This document shows, piece by piece, positions 10,043 through 20,579 of a DNA stretch of 64,000 bases (position 1 is the first letter of the stretch; each line of letters opens with the position of its first letter). The translations under genes and the position numbers were made by a program. The notes under the pieces were generated by a model. The model was not told where the DNA came from, did not search any database, and saw nothing but the letters and a program-made list of their open reading frames with translations. This DNA comes from Geopsychrobacteraceae bacterium. GTDB taxonomy: Bacteria > Desulfobacterota > Desulfuromonadia > Desulfuromonadales > Geopsychrobacteraceae. The stretch spans positions 2,336,001-2,400,000 of the forward strand of contig CAXXTB010000002.1 in NCBI GenBank assembly GCA_963676795.2, written 5' to 3'.

Positions 10043-10648
10043 TCAGCTTCTTTTCGCCAACAGCCGCAGCTGCAGATGCCCTAACAGTAAAAGTCCGGCA
10101 CAGGCCCCGATCAGAGCCATCAGCATATCGGCCTGGGCATCCCATTCGTAGCCTTGCGTACCAAGGAAAGCTTCTGCCGAGCCCCCCTGCAGCACGGCAA
10201 CCCACCACTCGATGAATTCATAAAAGGCGCTGAGCGCCAGACAGATTGAAATAACGATGAAACCGAGCATCTTGCCCGGCTGAAGGGGCGTTGTCCGCAG
10301 CAGGATCTCCCGCACAATCAGGGCCGGCACAAAGCCTTGGGCGAAATGACCGATCTTGTCGTAGTTGTTCCGCTCGAAACCGAACCAATCCTGCATCCAG
10401 AAACCGAGCGGGACCTCGGCATAGGTGTAGACACTGCCGACAGCAAGAATGGTGAAATGAAGTATAATCAGCCCGTAGACCAGAGTGGTAAACTGATACG
10501 TCCGCCAGGTAAAAATCAGAATCGGCAGTCCGAGCAGAATGGGGGAAACCTCAAGCAGCCAGGTCAGCTTGTCATGGGCCGCAACCTGCGAAACGAGCAG
10601 GATGAGGAGCGTGATAAGGATAAAGAGGGCAAACCAACGGATCTTCAA
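10043..10648 (-). CDS. DUF2238 (YjdF-like) membrane protein
   Basis: TWLLE, YTYAEVPLG, RNNYDKIGH, FLGTQG..WDAQADM. Confidence 0.85.
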   Translation of the reverse strand: MKIRWFALFILITLLILLVSQVAAHDKLTWLLEVSPILLGLPILIFTWRTYQFTTLVYGLIILHFTILAVGSVYTYAEVPLGFWMQDWFGFERNNYDKIGHFAQGFVPALIVREILLRTTPLQPGKMLGFIVISICLALSAFYEFIEWWVAVLQGGSAEAFLGTQGYEWDAQADMLMALIGACAGLLLLGHLQLRLLAKRS

Positions 10649-10809
10649 AGCATCCTCCCCGAACTTGTGACGCGTGACCTATCAGGGTTTCATGGCGAAA
10701 ACTGACAAAGTTGCTATGACTCTATCAGCTATTCGGGATAGTATGAATCAGATTGTGATCATATTTTGCCTGTGAAACAGCTTCCTCCTTTAACCCAAGA
10801 GGCCCGAAT

Positions 10810-11658
10810 ATGAATCCGGACAACATCCCCCTCACTGAAGAGATCCAGATGATTCAGAAGATTCTGGATATCATCGTCGAATTCATCATCAAGTACAGTT
10901 TCCAGATCGTCGGCGCGTTGATCATCCTGATCATCGGCCTCAAACTGTCCGGCTGGCTGTCACGCCTGGTGCTGAGGGTCTGTGAAAAACGCAACATCGA
11001 TGTCACCCTGTCCAGGTTCCTGGCCAGCAGCGTCAAACTGCTGGTGCTGATCTTTGTCGTCATTATCGCCATCGGCAAGTTCGGCATATCGATAGCCCCC
11101 TTCATCGCCGCCATCGGCGCCCTCGCCTTCGGCAGCAGCTTCGCCATTGCCGGGCCATTGTCCAACTACGGTGCCGGACTGACCCTGATCGTGACTCGTC
11201 CCTTCGTAGTCGGCAATACCATCAAGGTCCAGGGCGTCAGCGGCATTGTCGATGAGATCCGCCTCGCTGCAACCCTGCTGACAACGGAAGACGGAGAACA
11301 GATCATCATTCCCAACAAGCATATCGTCGGCGAAATTCTGATCAATTCCTTTGAAAACCGGATCATCGAAACCAGTGTCGGCATCTCCTACGGGGATGAC
11401 CCGGAGCGGGCCATTGCGGTTATTCAGCAGGTGCTTTCGGGCTTTGAGGAGGTCAGCCGGAAAAAGACCCCCCAGGTCGGGATCGAGGCCTTTGCCGATT
11501 CGTCCATCAACATCGGCCTGCGCTACTGGGTTCCCACGGAAAAATATTTCGATACTCTCTATAAGGTGAACCTGGCGATCCACAAGGCTCTTGCCGAAGC
11601 GCGGATTACCATTCCGTTTCCGCAGCGGGATATCCATATCCATCAGCGGGAGGCATAG
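10810..11658 (+). CDS. mscS: Small-conductance mechanosensitive channel (MscS family)
   Basis: Three TM helices, RPFVVGNTI, IIIPN, ITIPFPQRDI. Confidence 0.9.
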   Translation: MNPDNIPLTEEIQMIQKILDIIVEFIIKYSFQIVGALIILIIGLKLSGWLSRLVLRVCEKRNIDVTLSRFLASSVKLLVLIFVVIIAIGKFGISIAPFIAAIGALAFGSSFAIAGPLSNYGAGLTLIVTRPFVVGNTIKVQGVSGIVDEIRLAATLLTTEDGEQIIIPNKHIVGEILINSFENRIIETSVGISYGDDPERAIAVIQQVLSGFEEVSRKKTPQVGIEAFADSSINIGLRYWVPTEKYFDTLYKVNLAIHKALAEARITIPFPQRDIHIHQREA

Positions 11659-11693
11659 TCTAACTGCAGCCGGAAACAGGCCGGGACCCATTC

Positions 11694-11736
11694 AAAAAAA
11701 AGCGGGCAGGCTCCTGACAGCCCTTCCCGTTTTTTT
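11694..11736. terminator. Bidirectional terminator
   Basis: A tract, GCGGG..CCCGT hairpin, T tract, between convergent genes. Confidence 0.65.
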
Positions 11737-11762
11737 GATGAGAGCTTACCTAGCCATAATGG

Positions 11763-13250
11763 CTAGGCGGAAAGCCCGCGAAAGATGTCATCACTGCATT
11801 GACTGTTTTTCAGCAGATCGTGACAGCTCAAACGCGACTCGATCAATTTTTTGATGACAGGAGCTGGCGAGGTATCGCCGACCAGAATGGCTCCGACGAG
11901 ACGATCATCACGGAAAATGACTTCCGCATAATGCGCGGCGTCCGCCTGCTCAAAGGTGCGGTAACTGGCATCATCAGGATGGACATTGCCGATACTGAGC
12001 ATGTCGACACCCAAGACCTTGAGGATATTGCTGCGCGGGATACCGCCGAAGCTCACATCACCACCAGCGGCGTTGATTCCGGCGATACTTCCCTGGTATT
12101 GGGCCGGAGCCCAGGTCCCGTAGCAGGTCGACTGGTGTTCGGCCAGATCCCCGGCGGCAAAGATCTCTTCACGGGTTGTACGCAGCTGGTGATCGACCAC
12201 CACCCCTTCCTTGACCTCAAGTCCGGCCAGGCGGGCCAGGTAACTGTTGGTTCTGACTCCGGCGGCAACAACGACCATGTCTGCCGCATAACTTTCACCC
12301 GACTCAAGAACGACGTTACGCACCGACTCATCACCGTCGAACTGCTTGATTCTGGCGCCAAGCACCAGCTCGATCCCCAGATCCTTCGCCGCTGACTCAA
12401 GGTAAGAGCTGGCCTGCTGATTCAACTGGCGGGGGAGCAGCCAGTTAAACCCTTCGATCAGACTGACGCTGACCTGCTGACGCACCAGTGCCGCCGCGAT
12501 TTCCAGCCCGAGAACACCGCCGCCGACAACCACGCAGCGCTTGCCCGCCTTGCAGCTGGCCAGAATCCAGTCGGCATCCTTCTTGTGACGCAGGGTCACG
12601 ACATTCTGCCGGTTGATCCCGGCAACCGGCGGCACAAATGGATGAGCCCCCATGGCCAGGATCAGGCGATCATAACTTAGGGCCTGGTCATCTCTGATCT
12701 GTAACTGCCTGGTACTGACATCGACGGCCGTGACCTCGCTGTTGAAACGCACCTCGATATTTTTTTCCTGATACCAGGGGGCAGGATGAACCGGCAGTTC
12801 ATCAGGGGTGATTTCCCCAGCCAGGTAGCGGGTCAGGTTCAGCCGGTAATAGGGGAGTTCAGCTTCACGCGTCAGCAGGACTATCCGTGCTTCTGCGGAG
12901 GTGGAACGAGCAGATTCTGCCGCTGAAAGGCCGGCAATCCCGCCGCCGATAATCACGATGGTGCCATTAAACCGTCCCGCTGCCGAAGTTTTCTGTTCTT
13001 GGGCAACAGCTTCGAACTTATCTGCGCCGGCACCGCAAACGACACACACCTCAGGCGGAGCATCCCCCTCATGAATATAATCACAGTTGATACACTGCCA
13101 GCTGGTCTGCGCTGAGACTGGTTGAGGCGTCGCAGGAGCTGCTATCACTTCAAAATACTCTGCCGTTGCTCCGCAGATTGGACAACATTCACAAGGAGCC
13201 TCCCCATCGTGAACATATCCGCACAGTGAACAGAGCCATTGCCTAGTCAT
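11763..13250 (-). CDS. FAD/NADH oxidoreductase (NADH:rubredoxin oxidoreductase-like) with two N-terminal rubredoxin-like domains
   Basis: CSLC..CPIC and CINC..CVVC domains; IIGGGIAG, VVVGGGVLGLE, IFAAGD motifs. Confidence 0.85.
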   Translation of the reverse strand: MTRQWLCSLCGYVHDGEAPCECCPICGATAEYFEVIAAPATPQPVSAQTSWQCINCDYIHEGDAPPEVCVVCGAGADKFEAVAQEQKTSAAGRFNGTIVIIGGGIAGLSAAESARSTSAEARIVLLTREAELPYYRLNLTRYLAGEITPDELPVHPAPWYQEKNIEVRFNSEVTAVDVSTRQLQIRDDQALSYDRLILAMGAHPFVPPVAGINRQNVVTLRHKKDADWILASCKAGKRCVVVGGGVLGLEIAAALVRQQVSVSLIEGFNWLLPRQLNQQASSYLESAAKDLGIELVLGARIKQFDGDESVRNVVLESGESYAADMVVVAAGVRTNSYLARLAGLEVKEGVVVDHQLRTTREEIFAAGDLAEHQSTCYGTWAPAQYQGSIAGINAAGGDVSFGGIPRSNILKVLGVDMLSIGNVHPDDASYRTFEQADAAHYAEVIFRDDRLVGAILVGDTSPAPVIKKLIESRLSCHDLLKNSQCSDDIFRGLSA

Positions 13251-13265
13251 GGATACCCCCTGAAT

Positions 13266-13298
13266 AAAAAAAGACCGCCAGGCATTGCCCTGGCGGTC
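13266..13298 (-). terminator. Intrinsic terminator after rubrerythrin
   Basis: Minus strand GACCGCCAGG..CCTGGCGGTC followed by T7. Confidence 0.75.
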
Positions 13299-13319
13299 CG
13301 GATTGTTTTGATAAATAGA

Positions 13320-13820
13320 TCAGTCGATCAGGCTGAAGCGCTCTTTAGGAACCATGCAGACGTCGCATTTTTCCGGGGCTTCGTCGTAGACGGTGTTACC
13401 ACAGATTTCGCAGACATAGATCTTGCGGGCCGGCAGATCGCTGCCGCCTTTGACCGACTCAAGAGCCTTGGAGTAAAGATCGTAGTGAACCTTCTCGACG
13501 GCCAGGGCGTTGCGGATGGAAACTTCGCCCATCTTGTGACCTTCAGCCTTGGACTCTTCCAGGTAAGGTGGGTACATCTCCTGGAACTCGAACCCTTCAC
13601 CGTCGATAGCGACCTGCAGGTTTTCGAGAGTCTTGTGAATGCCCCCCATGGCTCTTAAGTGAGCATGGGCATGGATGGTCTCTGCGTGCGCAGCGGCACG
13701 GAACAGTTTGGCAACCTCTGGGAAACCATCAGCATCGGCCTGTTTGGCAAAAGCGAGATATTTACGGTTGGCCTGGCTTTCGCCGGAAAAAGCATCAGCA
13801 AGATTATCGTTAGTAGCCAT
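13320..13820 (-). CDS. rbr: Rubrerythrin
   Basis: GESQANRKY, AETIHA, EKVH, C-terminal CEICG..CDVC. Confidence 0.95.
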   Translation of the reverse strand: MATNDNLADAFSGESQANRKYLAFAKQADADGFPEVAKLFRAAAHAETIHAHAHLRAMGGIHKTLENLQVAIDGEGFEFQEMYPPYLEESKAEGHKMGEVSIRNALAVEKVHYDLYSKALESVKGGSDLPARKIYVCEICGNTVYDEAPEKCDVCMVPKERFSLID

Positions 13821-13968
13821 GTTATCCTCCTAGTTATGTGAAAAAAATTAGGCCAGAATGACCCCTCTGAAATATCCGTTTTCGGAATTCTATTATTCAA
13901 TCGGCAACCCAACCAGAGTAACAGGGCAGCACAGGTTGTCAACGATTATCACGATAAATATGTGGAGC

Positions 13969-15213
13969 TTAGCCACAGGTGATGAGCGGTTGATAAAAAT
14001 CCTGTGAACGCTGTCGGCATGGAAGTTTTTTCATCAGCAGACCGTAGAGCCGGGTCGCTTTCAATTCGAGCTGGAGCTGCAGCAGAGCACGTTGATATTC
14101 ATCCGTATCCATTCCGTAGTGCCGCTTCAAAAGAGAGTAAACCCGGGAGAAATTCTGCACCAGGGGCACCTTTCTCTGTTTGCGGGTTGCCGCCAGAAAG
14201 CGCATCCCCTGCTCACTTGCGGCCAGCAGATGAAGATAGGTCGGGGAACGGATCAGCAGTTGATCCGCAGTTGCCCGCTCCAAACAGAGCAGAACACACA
14301 ACAGCAGGCGCTGAATACGGGTTCGCGTCAGATGCCTCGACTTGATCCCGGCGATCAGTTCCTCCATTGTCGCTGCATTTTCGGCAACCTGCAGAATCCG
14401 TTGAGCCATCCCCTCGTCAACCAGCCATAAGTCCTCGAGAAGATCTCCCGCACTGAAAATCTGTCCGAGCAGTAAGCGGAAATGCTGCTCCGGACAATAA
14501 CAGTGGCTACTAATCAGCTGGCTGTGCAAAAGCGTAAAAACCGCTTCCGGCAGCAGCTGTTCAACATTTTCTCCGGCATCCAACCGCTGCCTGATCCCGG
14601 TAGCACTTGAGATACCATCGACGATTGCGGAATCATGGAATCCCGCCCCGATCCGCCGGACGGTCAACGGGACAATAGACAGCTGTTCCCGCGCAAGCGC
14701 CTTCAGGTATTCAAGGCCAAGGATATTGTTCGGCTGAGCCAAGAGCGTCTGATCAACAGCGAGAAACTCTTTCAGAACTTCCGCCTTAGCCAGCGGATAG
14801 GCCTTTCCGCGACGCAGCAGGATAGCAGTGCGGGTCGCAATCTCGTCATCCTGTTCAAGTTCGACCCTGCCCCACTGCTGCAGATCGGCCAAACAGCCCG
14901 ACTCACTGCCGAAACAGAGAGTGTCGATGCCCCCGACCAGATCCAGCGCCTGCACCGCACCACGGGCAAAGTCCGGAGCACTGGCGCAAGCCCAGGGGAG
15001 CGGCAGTTCGACAACCAGATCAACCCCGCCGGCCAGCGCCATTTTGGCCCGGGCCCACTTATCGACCAACGCTGCTTCACCGCGCTGCAGAAAGTGGCCG
15101 CTCATCACGGCGACACTGACATCTGCGCCTGCAAGCTTGAGGCTTTCCTTAAGGTGGTAAAGGTGACCGTTGTGAAAGGGGTTATATTCAGTAATCAGAC
15201 CGACGGCACGCAT
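13969..15213 (-). CDS. tmcAL: tRNA(Met) cytidine acetate ligase (TmcAL/YlbM HIGH nucleotidyltransferase)
   Basis: EYNPFHNGH, MSGHFLQRGE, PNNILGLEY, SATGIR, TRTRIQR. Confidence 0.85.
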   Translation of the reverse strand: MRAVGLITEYNPFHNGHLYHLKESLKLAGADVSVAVMSGHFLQRGEAALVDKWARAKMALAGGVDLVVELPLPWACASAPDFARGAVQALDLVGGIDTLCFGSESGCLADLQQWGRVELEQDDEIATRTAILLRRGKAYPLAKAEVLKEFLAVDQTLLAQPNNILGLEYLKALAREQLSIVPLTVRRIGAGFHDSAIVDGISSATGIRQRLDAGENVEQLLPEAVFTLLHSQLISSHCYCPEQHFRLLLGQIFSAGDLLEDLWLVDEGMAQRILQVAENAATMEELIAGIKSRHLTRTRIQRLLLCVLLCLERATADQLLIRSPTYLHLLAASEQGMRFLAATRKQRKVPLVQNFSRVYSLLKRHYGMDTDEYQRALLQLQLELKATRLYGLLMKKLPCRQRSQDFYQPLITCG

Positions 15214-15270
15214 AAAACCTCGCAGGAGCTAAAACCAAAACAAAAATCGGCCTCACGCAAAGCCGCGAAG

Positions 15271-15963
15271 CTAAAGAACAACCGGAATTTTTTCAGCCAC
15301 CCGATTTTCCGTTGTCGACACCTCGGTTTTATAGGCCAACGCCTCAACACCCTGGGCTGTCACCTCGCGCAGGATGCGACCGTAATCGGGGTCGATATCG
15401 TCGGCAGGGGTAAAGGCTGTCGCTTCGCCGCGCTGCACCAGAAAGAAGATCACAGCCCGGAAACCCTGCTGTTTTGCAGCAAGCAGTTCACGCAGGTGCT
15501 TCTGGCCGCGGGTGGTCACCGCATCGGGAAAGCAGGCCACGGTTTCCTGGCAGCAGAGAGTCACGTTCTTCACTTCGACAAGAATCTTCTCCTCCCCCTT
15601 CTCCAGGTAAAAATCGATGCGGCTGTCTCCGAAGCGGTATTCCGCTGTAATACTGTAACCGTCCAGTCCGGCGATCCAGCCATTACGCAGCGCTTCTTCG
15701 ACCACCCGGTTGGCCCGCTGGGTATGGGTATCGACCAAGTAATCACCGACCCGGATCAATTCCAGGGTGTATTTCAGCTTGCGCTTCGGATCGTCGGCCC
15801 GGGAAATCAGCACCGGATAGCCGGGAACAGCACACTGCTTCATACTGCCGGTATTCGGGGTGTGGGCCGTGACGACGCTGCCATCATCCAGCTCGACATC
15901 GGCAAAAAAGCGTTTATAGCGACGGACCAGCTTGCCGCTGAGCAACGGGGTCGGCAGTTGCAT
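15271..15963 (-). CDS. sfsA: DNA/RNA nuclease SfsA
   Basis: RRYKRFFADV, HTPNTGSM, EVKNVTL, FPDAVTTRGQKHL. Confidence 0.95.
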   Translation of the reverse strand: MQLPTPLLSGKLVRRYKRFFADVELDDGSVVTAHTPNTGSMKQCAVPGYPVLISRADDPKRKLKYTLELIRVGDYLVDTHTQRANRVVEEALRNGWIAGLDGYSITAEYRFGDSRIDFYLEKGEEKILVEVKNVTLCCQETVACFPDAVTTRGQKHLRELLAAKQQGFRAVIFFLVQRGEATAFTPADDIDPDYGRILREVTAQGVEALAYKTEVSTTENRVAEKIPVVL

Positions 15964-15993
15964 AGGAATCTCCCGGAAAACAGGACAGGGGAA

Positions 15994-17364
15994 TTACTTG
16001 CCGAGTCGTTGACGCAACATCGACAGCAGAATCGAATGGGTCTCGCGCAACTCTCCAAGCCGGTAATTCAGCTTCGGAGCCCCGTTGAGATCGAACAGTT
16101 TCGGCACGGCGACACGTTGGGAAGAATAGATCCCAGTGTGACCGCTGAAATAATAGGCAGTATAGCAGGCAATGGCAAAATAGAGAATGTGGGTCGCCCC
16201 GAACAGCTCCACCCCCATGAGAGTGCAGGCCAGGGGAGTGTTGGTTGCCGCAGCGAAAACGGCCAGAAAACCGAGGGCGGCAAACAGGTCGACCGGGGCG
16301 CCGAGCAGCCAGGCCAGGGTGTTGCCGAGAGTCGCCCCGACAAAGAACAGCGGCGTGACCTCCCCCCCTTTATAACCGGCGGCCAGAGTCACAGCCGTCA
16401 GCACCAGCTTGAGCAGCCAGCTGTACCACTGCGCGCCCCCCTCCTGAAAGGCACTCAAGATGCTGACACCGCCGTCACGGCTGGAATAGACGCCCAGGCC
16501 GATATAATCACCGTGACCGATCAGCTGGACGGCGACGATCACAATAACCCCACCGGCAATGACGATCAGGTAAGGATTCTTGATGGTCGCCCGGAACAGG
16601 TCCTTGAAGAGATGGGTCAGCTCACCAAACAGAAACCCGGCCAGGCCGAAAGCGATGGCCGCAATCACGGTCTTGACCAGCAACAGCAGATCGACCTTGA
16701 CAGCGTGTTCAAAAAGGGTCATCGACTCGAGAAAATCGATCCGGTAATGGGTGTGATGTGCGCCCCAGGCGGAGCAGACCAGGTCGGCCAGCACCGCGGC
16801 AAACAGTGCCGGGATGATGGCGTCATATTTGAGCCGGCCGATCGCCAGAACCTCCAGGGCGAAGATCGCCCCGGTCAGCGGCGTACCGAAAACAGCACCG
16901 AATCCGGCGGCGACACCGGCAATCAGGATCAGGCGGGTATCGGCCTCGTTCAGCCGGAAAATCCGCGCCAGCAAGTGGGTCGTCGCGCCGCCGATCTGGA
17001 CCGCCGTTCCCTCACGCCCAGCAGAACCGCCAAACAGATGGGTTACCACCGTCGACAGCAGAACCAGCGGAGCCATACGCACCGGTATCCCCGCCCCCGG
17101 CTCATGGATCTCATCCATGATCAGGTTGTTCCCCCCTTCCGAATTCTTGCCCAGATTACGGTAGCAATAGACGATGACCAGACCGGCCAGAGGGAGCAGA
17201 TAGAGCAACCAGGGAATCTCGATCCGCGTTTCTGTGGCGACTTCGAGAAGCCACAAGAAAAGGGCGTTCAAAGACCCGACAACAAAGGCGACCGGGATAA
17301 TGATCAGGGCCCAGCGCAGAATCTGGATGAATATTTTGGGGCTGGAACTTATCGGGCGTGTCAT
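15994..17364 (-). CDS. CLC family F-/H+ antiporter (CLC-F clade)
   Basis: All three CLC-F signature motifs: GNNLI, GREGT, GEVTP. Confidence 0.9.
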   Translation of the reverse strand: MTRPISSSPKIFIQILRWALIIIPVAFVVGSLNALFLWLLEVATETRIEIPWLLYLLPLAGLVIVYCYRNLGKNSEGGNNLIMDEIHEPGAGIPVRMAPLVLLSTVVTHLFGGSAGREGTAVQIGGATTHLLARIFRLNEADTRLILIAGVAAGFGAVFGTPLTGAIFALEVLAIGRLKYDAIIPALFAAVLADLVCSAWGAHHTHYRIDFLESMTLFEHAVKVDLLLLVKTVIAAIAFGLAGFLFGELTHLFKDLFRATIKNPYLIVIAGGVIVIVAVQLIGHGDYIGLGVYSSRDGGVSILSAFQEGGAQWYSWLLKLVLTAVTLAAGYKGGEVTPLFFVGATLGNTLAWLLGAPVDLFAALGFLAVFAAATNTPLACTLMGVELFGATHILYFAIACYTAYYFSGHTGIYSSQRVAVPKLFDLNGAPKLNYRLGELRETHSILLSMLRQRLGK

Positions 17365-17573
17365 TCCTTCGTCTCTTTGGTCAAAGGCTGTTCAGGAAAC
17401 AAATGATGACACCTGAATCGGTGCAGGATCGACACAGGCAGCAGTCACAAACGCGATAACGCGTTCGATACTACCCTTCTCGCTCCGCCGCTTTCAAGCG
17501 CTTTCTTGCCGGTCATTTTTGACAATGACCCAAACAGGATCAATACTTTAACTGAGCATGAAGGGAAATTCGC

Positions 17574-18560
17574 ATGACTGATACCAAGGGGATTGCCATT
17601 GAAGTCAGCAACCTGGCCAAAGCCTTTGACCAGGTTGTCGCCGTCGCTGGCGTCAATTTCAGCGTTCAGGCCGGTGAACTGTTCGGCTTTCTCGGCCCCA
17701 ACGGCGCGGGCAAAACCACGACCATCAATATGCTCACCGGCCTTGCGCGCCCCGATGCCGGGCAGATCCGGATCGGCGGCATCGACTGCGTCAGGAAACC
17801 ACGTTCCGCCCAGCACCTGATCGGAGTGGTCCCGGATGAAAGCAATCTCTATCCTGACCTGAGTGGTTTTGACAACCTCTGCTTCTGTGCCGCCCTGTAC
17901 GGCATCGGCAAGGCGGAACGGCGGAAAAGGGCTTTGGAATTACTGAAAAACTTCGAACTGAATGAAGCGGCGGGACGGAAATTCAGCACTTACTCCAAAG
18001 GCATGAAACGGAAACTGACGATCGCCGCCGGCATCATCCACCGCCCCGCCATCCTCTTCCTTGATGAACCGACCACCGGTATCGACGTGGCCAGTGCCAG
18101 GCAATTACGCCAGATCATCACCACCCTCAACAGGCACGGCACAACCATCTTTCTGACCACCCACTATATTGAAGAAGCGGAACGCCTCTGCGACCGGATC
18201 GCCTTCATCGTCAAAGGCGAGATCGTCAGACTCGACACAACCGACAATCTGGTCCAGCCTCTGCAGCACCGGCACCTGCTGCAGCTTTCGGTCACCAATC
18301 AACTTGATGGCATCGAAAAGGACCTTGCCGGTAGCTTCCCCGAGTTAAAACTGGTCAACATCCAACCCGGCCAACTGCGTGTCGAAACGTCAGCTCCCTT
18401 GCCAATCGGCCCGCTGGTCCATTTTCTCGAAGCGCGTGGCAACGAGGTTCTGGAAGCCAGAAGGATCAGGCCGAGCCTGGAGGATATATTTATCGAAGTG
18501 ACAGGCCTCGCCGTTAAAACGATGCAACATAAACTGGAACAGACAGGAGGGCCGAAATGA
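17574..18560 (+). CDS. ABC-2 type exporter ATP-binding protein
   Basis: GPNGAGKTT, YSKGMKRK, LFLDEPT, TTH. Confidence 0.92.
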   Translation: MTDTKGIAIEVSNLAKAFDQVVAVAGVNFSVQAGELFGFLGPNGAGKTTTINMLTGLARPDAGQIRIGGIDCVRKPRSAQHLIGVVPDESNLYPDLSGFDNLCFCAALYGIGKAERRKRALELLKNFELNEAAGRKFSTYSKGMKRKLTIAAGIIHRPAILFLDEPTTGIDVASARQLRQIITTLNRHGTTIFLTTHYIEEAERLCDRIAFIVKGEIVRLDTTDNLVQPLQHRHLLQLSVTNQLDGIEKDLAGSFPELKLVNIQPGQLRVETSAPLPIGPLVHFLEARGNEVLEARRIRPSLEDIFIEVTGLAVKTMQHKLEQTGGPK

Positions 18561-19294
18561 AACTCTGGATTGCCTTCTGGAATATCGTTGCCAAGGACTT
18601 CCGCACCTACTACCTGAAACCACCGAATATCAGCTGGGGAATGGTTTTCCCGCTGGCCTGGACCAGTATGTTCTTCATCAAATCGGGACGGGGGATCGAC
18701 TCGCTTTCAGCCGTTCTGCCGGGGGTCGTGGCTCTGTCGATCCTCTTCGGCACGACATCACTCCTGGCGGTCACCATTACCTTCGAAAAGAAGAACCGCT
18801 CCTTTGAACGGATGCTGCTGGCTCCGGTCCCGCTGGAACTGTTGATGCTGGCCAAAACCAGCGGCGCGATCATCTTCGGCACCCTCAACGCCTTTGTCCC
18901 AATCATTATGGCAGCGTTCCTGATCGATCTCTCCGGTCTGCACTGGCTGCTGTTCGTCCCGACCGTCATCCTGATCGCCGCGACCTCAACCTTTCTCGGG
19001 CTGTTTATCGCCGTGGCCGTCAGTGAAGTCTTTGAAGCACAGACCTTCTCCAACTTCTTCCGCTTTCCGATGGTCTTTCTCTGCGGTCTGTTCTTCCCGA
19101 TCAGCGTTCTGCCACTACTCCTCAAGCCGATTCCCTACATCCTGCCCCTGACCTACGGGGTTGATGTTCTGCATGGCCTGATCCAGGGCCAAAACCTGCT
19201 GCCCTACGCTGTTGACCTGGGGATTCTGGCCGTCTTCTGTATCGGCCTGTTCATGCTCAGTCTGCATAACATCAGAAGAAGCTGGATTGCCTGA
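18557..19294 (+). CDS. ABC-2 type permease
   Basis: About six TM helices, GLFFP..LP, LPLTY; ATGA overlap with the ATPase. Confidence 0.88.
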   Translation: MKLWIAFWNIVAKDFRTYYLKPPNISWGMVFPLAWTSMFFIKSGRGIDSLSAVLPGVVALSILFGTTSLLAVTITFEKKNRSFERMLLAPVPLELLMLAKTSGAIIFGTLNAFVPIIMAAFLIDLSGLHWLLFVPTVILIAATSTFLGLFIAVAVSEVFEAQTFSNFFRFPMVFLCGLFFPISVLPLLLKPIPYILPLTYGVDVLHGLIQGQNLLPYAVDLGILAVFCIGLFMLSLHNIRRSWIA

Positions 19295-19332
19295 TTGAGA
19301 GGGAGGAAAAATACAGGACAATGCCTGTGTTC

Positions 19333-20448
19333 TTAGCTGAAGATGTCTTCTACCGGCCTGAGCTCCAGACCAAAAGCCTCGGCAACTCCCGGGTAACAGA
19401 CCTGGCCGTTAACAATATTGAGCCCTTCCTTCAGGGCGCTGTCGGCCTGCGCGGCCCCTTTCCAGCCCTGGTTGGCCAGTTTGACGGCATAGGGCAGGGT
19501 CGCATTGGTCAAAGCCAGGGTCGAGGTCAGCGGAAAGGCCCCCGGCATATTGGCGACACAGTAATGGACCACCCCGTCGACCAGGTAGATCGGATCACGG
19601 TGGCTCGTCGCCCTGGAGGTTTCAAAACAGCCGCCCTGATCGATGGCCACGTCGACCAGCACCGCCCCTTCTTTCATGGTCTGCAACATCTCGCGCTTGA
19701 TCAGCTTGGGAGCCTTGGCCCCATGGAGCAGCACGGCACCGATGACCAGATCGGCCTCCTTGACCAGATCACGCAGGACAGCGGGAGACGACATCAGCGG
19801 AAAACAGTTCTTCGGCATGATCTCATCGAGATAGCGCAGGCGATCGAGGTTGGTGTCGAGCAGATAGACCTTGGCCCCCAGCCCGCAGGCGATCTGAGCC
19901 GCGTTGGTACCGACGATTCCGCCGCCGATCACCACGACCGTTGCCGGGGCGACACCGGTGACACCGCCCATCAATATGCCGCGCCCGCCCTGCGAACGTT
20001 CCAGATACTTGGCCCCGACCTGCGCGGCCATGCGTCCGGCAACCTCGCTCATCGGAATCAGCAGCGGCAGTGAACCATCCGGCCGGGTCACCGTTTCATA
20101 GGCGACACAGACCGCTTTACGTTCGATCATCGCCCTGGTCAGTTCTTCGTCAGCGGCAAAGTGGAAATAGGTGAAAACCAGCTGCCCTTCGCGAATCATG
20201 ACATACTCGGAAGGCTGAGGTTCCTTGACATGCATGACCATGTCACAACCGGCATAGATCTCGGCGGCCGTGTTCTTGATAAAAGCGCCCGCTTCTGCAT
20301 AGGCCGCATCAGCAAAACCGCTGGCCTGACCGGCACTGGCTTCCACCCAGACCTGATGACCATTTGCCTTCAATACCTCAACACCGGCCGGCGTCATACA
20401 CACCCGGTTTTCGTTGTCTTTGATTTCCTTGAGGATTCCGACCAACAT
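19333..20448 (-). CDS. ald: Alanine dehydrogenase
   Basis: KEIKDNENRV, VKEP, PMSEVAGR, DVAIDQGG, YCVANMPGA. Confidence 0.96.
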   Translation of the reverse strand: MLVGILKEIKDNENRVCMTPAGVEVLKANGHQVWVEASAGQASGFADAAYAEAGAFIKNTAAEIYAGCDMVMHVKEPQPSEYVMIREGQLVFTYFHFAADEELTRAMIERKAVCVAYETVTRPDGSLPLLIPMSEVAGRMAAQVGAKYLERSQGGRGILMGGVTGVAPATVVVIGGGIVGTNAAQIACGLGAKVYLLDTNLDRLRYLDEIMPKNCFPLMSSPAVLRDLVKEADLVIGAVLLHGAKAPKLIKREMLQTMKEGAVLVDVAIDQGGCFETSRATSHRDPIYLVDGVVHYCVANMPGAFPLTSTLALTNATLPYAVKLANQGWKGAAQADSALKEGLNIVNGQVCYPGVAEAFGLELRPVEDIFS

Positions 20449-20579
20449 AGCTGCTCCTTGATATATGAAAATGTGATTGTTCTATTTCTTGAATTTTAGC
20501 AGCTCTATTCGTGAATATTCCTGCAAAGAAAATAATTCGGGATATTCATTTCTGAGGAATCCTTTGCTATTTTATAAAA

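Noticed and set aside
14635..17406. 923-aa plus-strand ORF
   Set aside because: Antisense shadow across tmcAL, sfsA and CLC-F; no recognisable motifs
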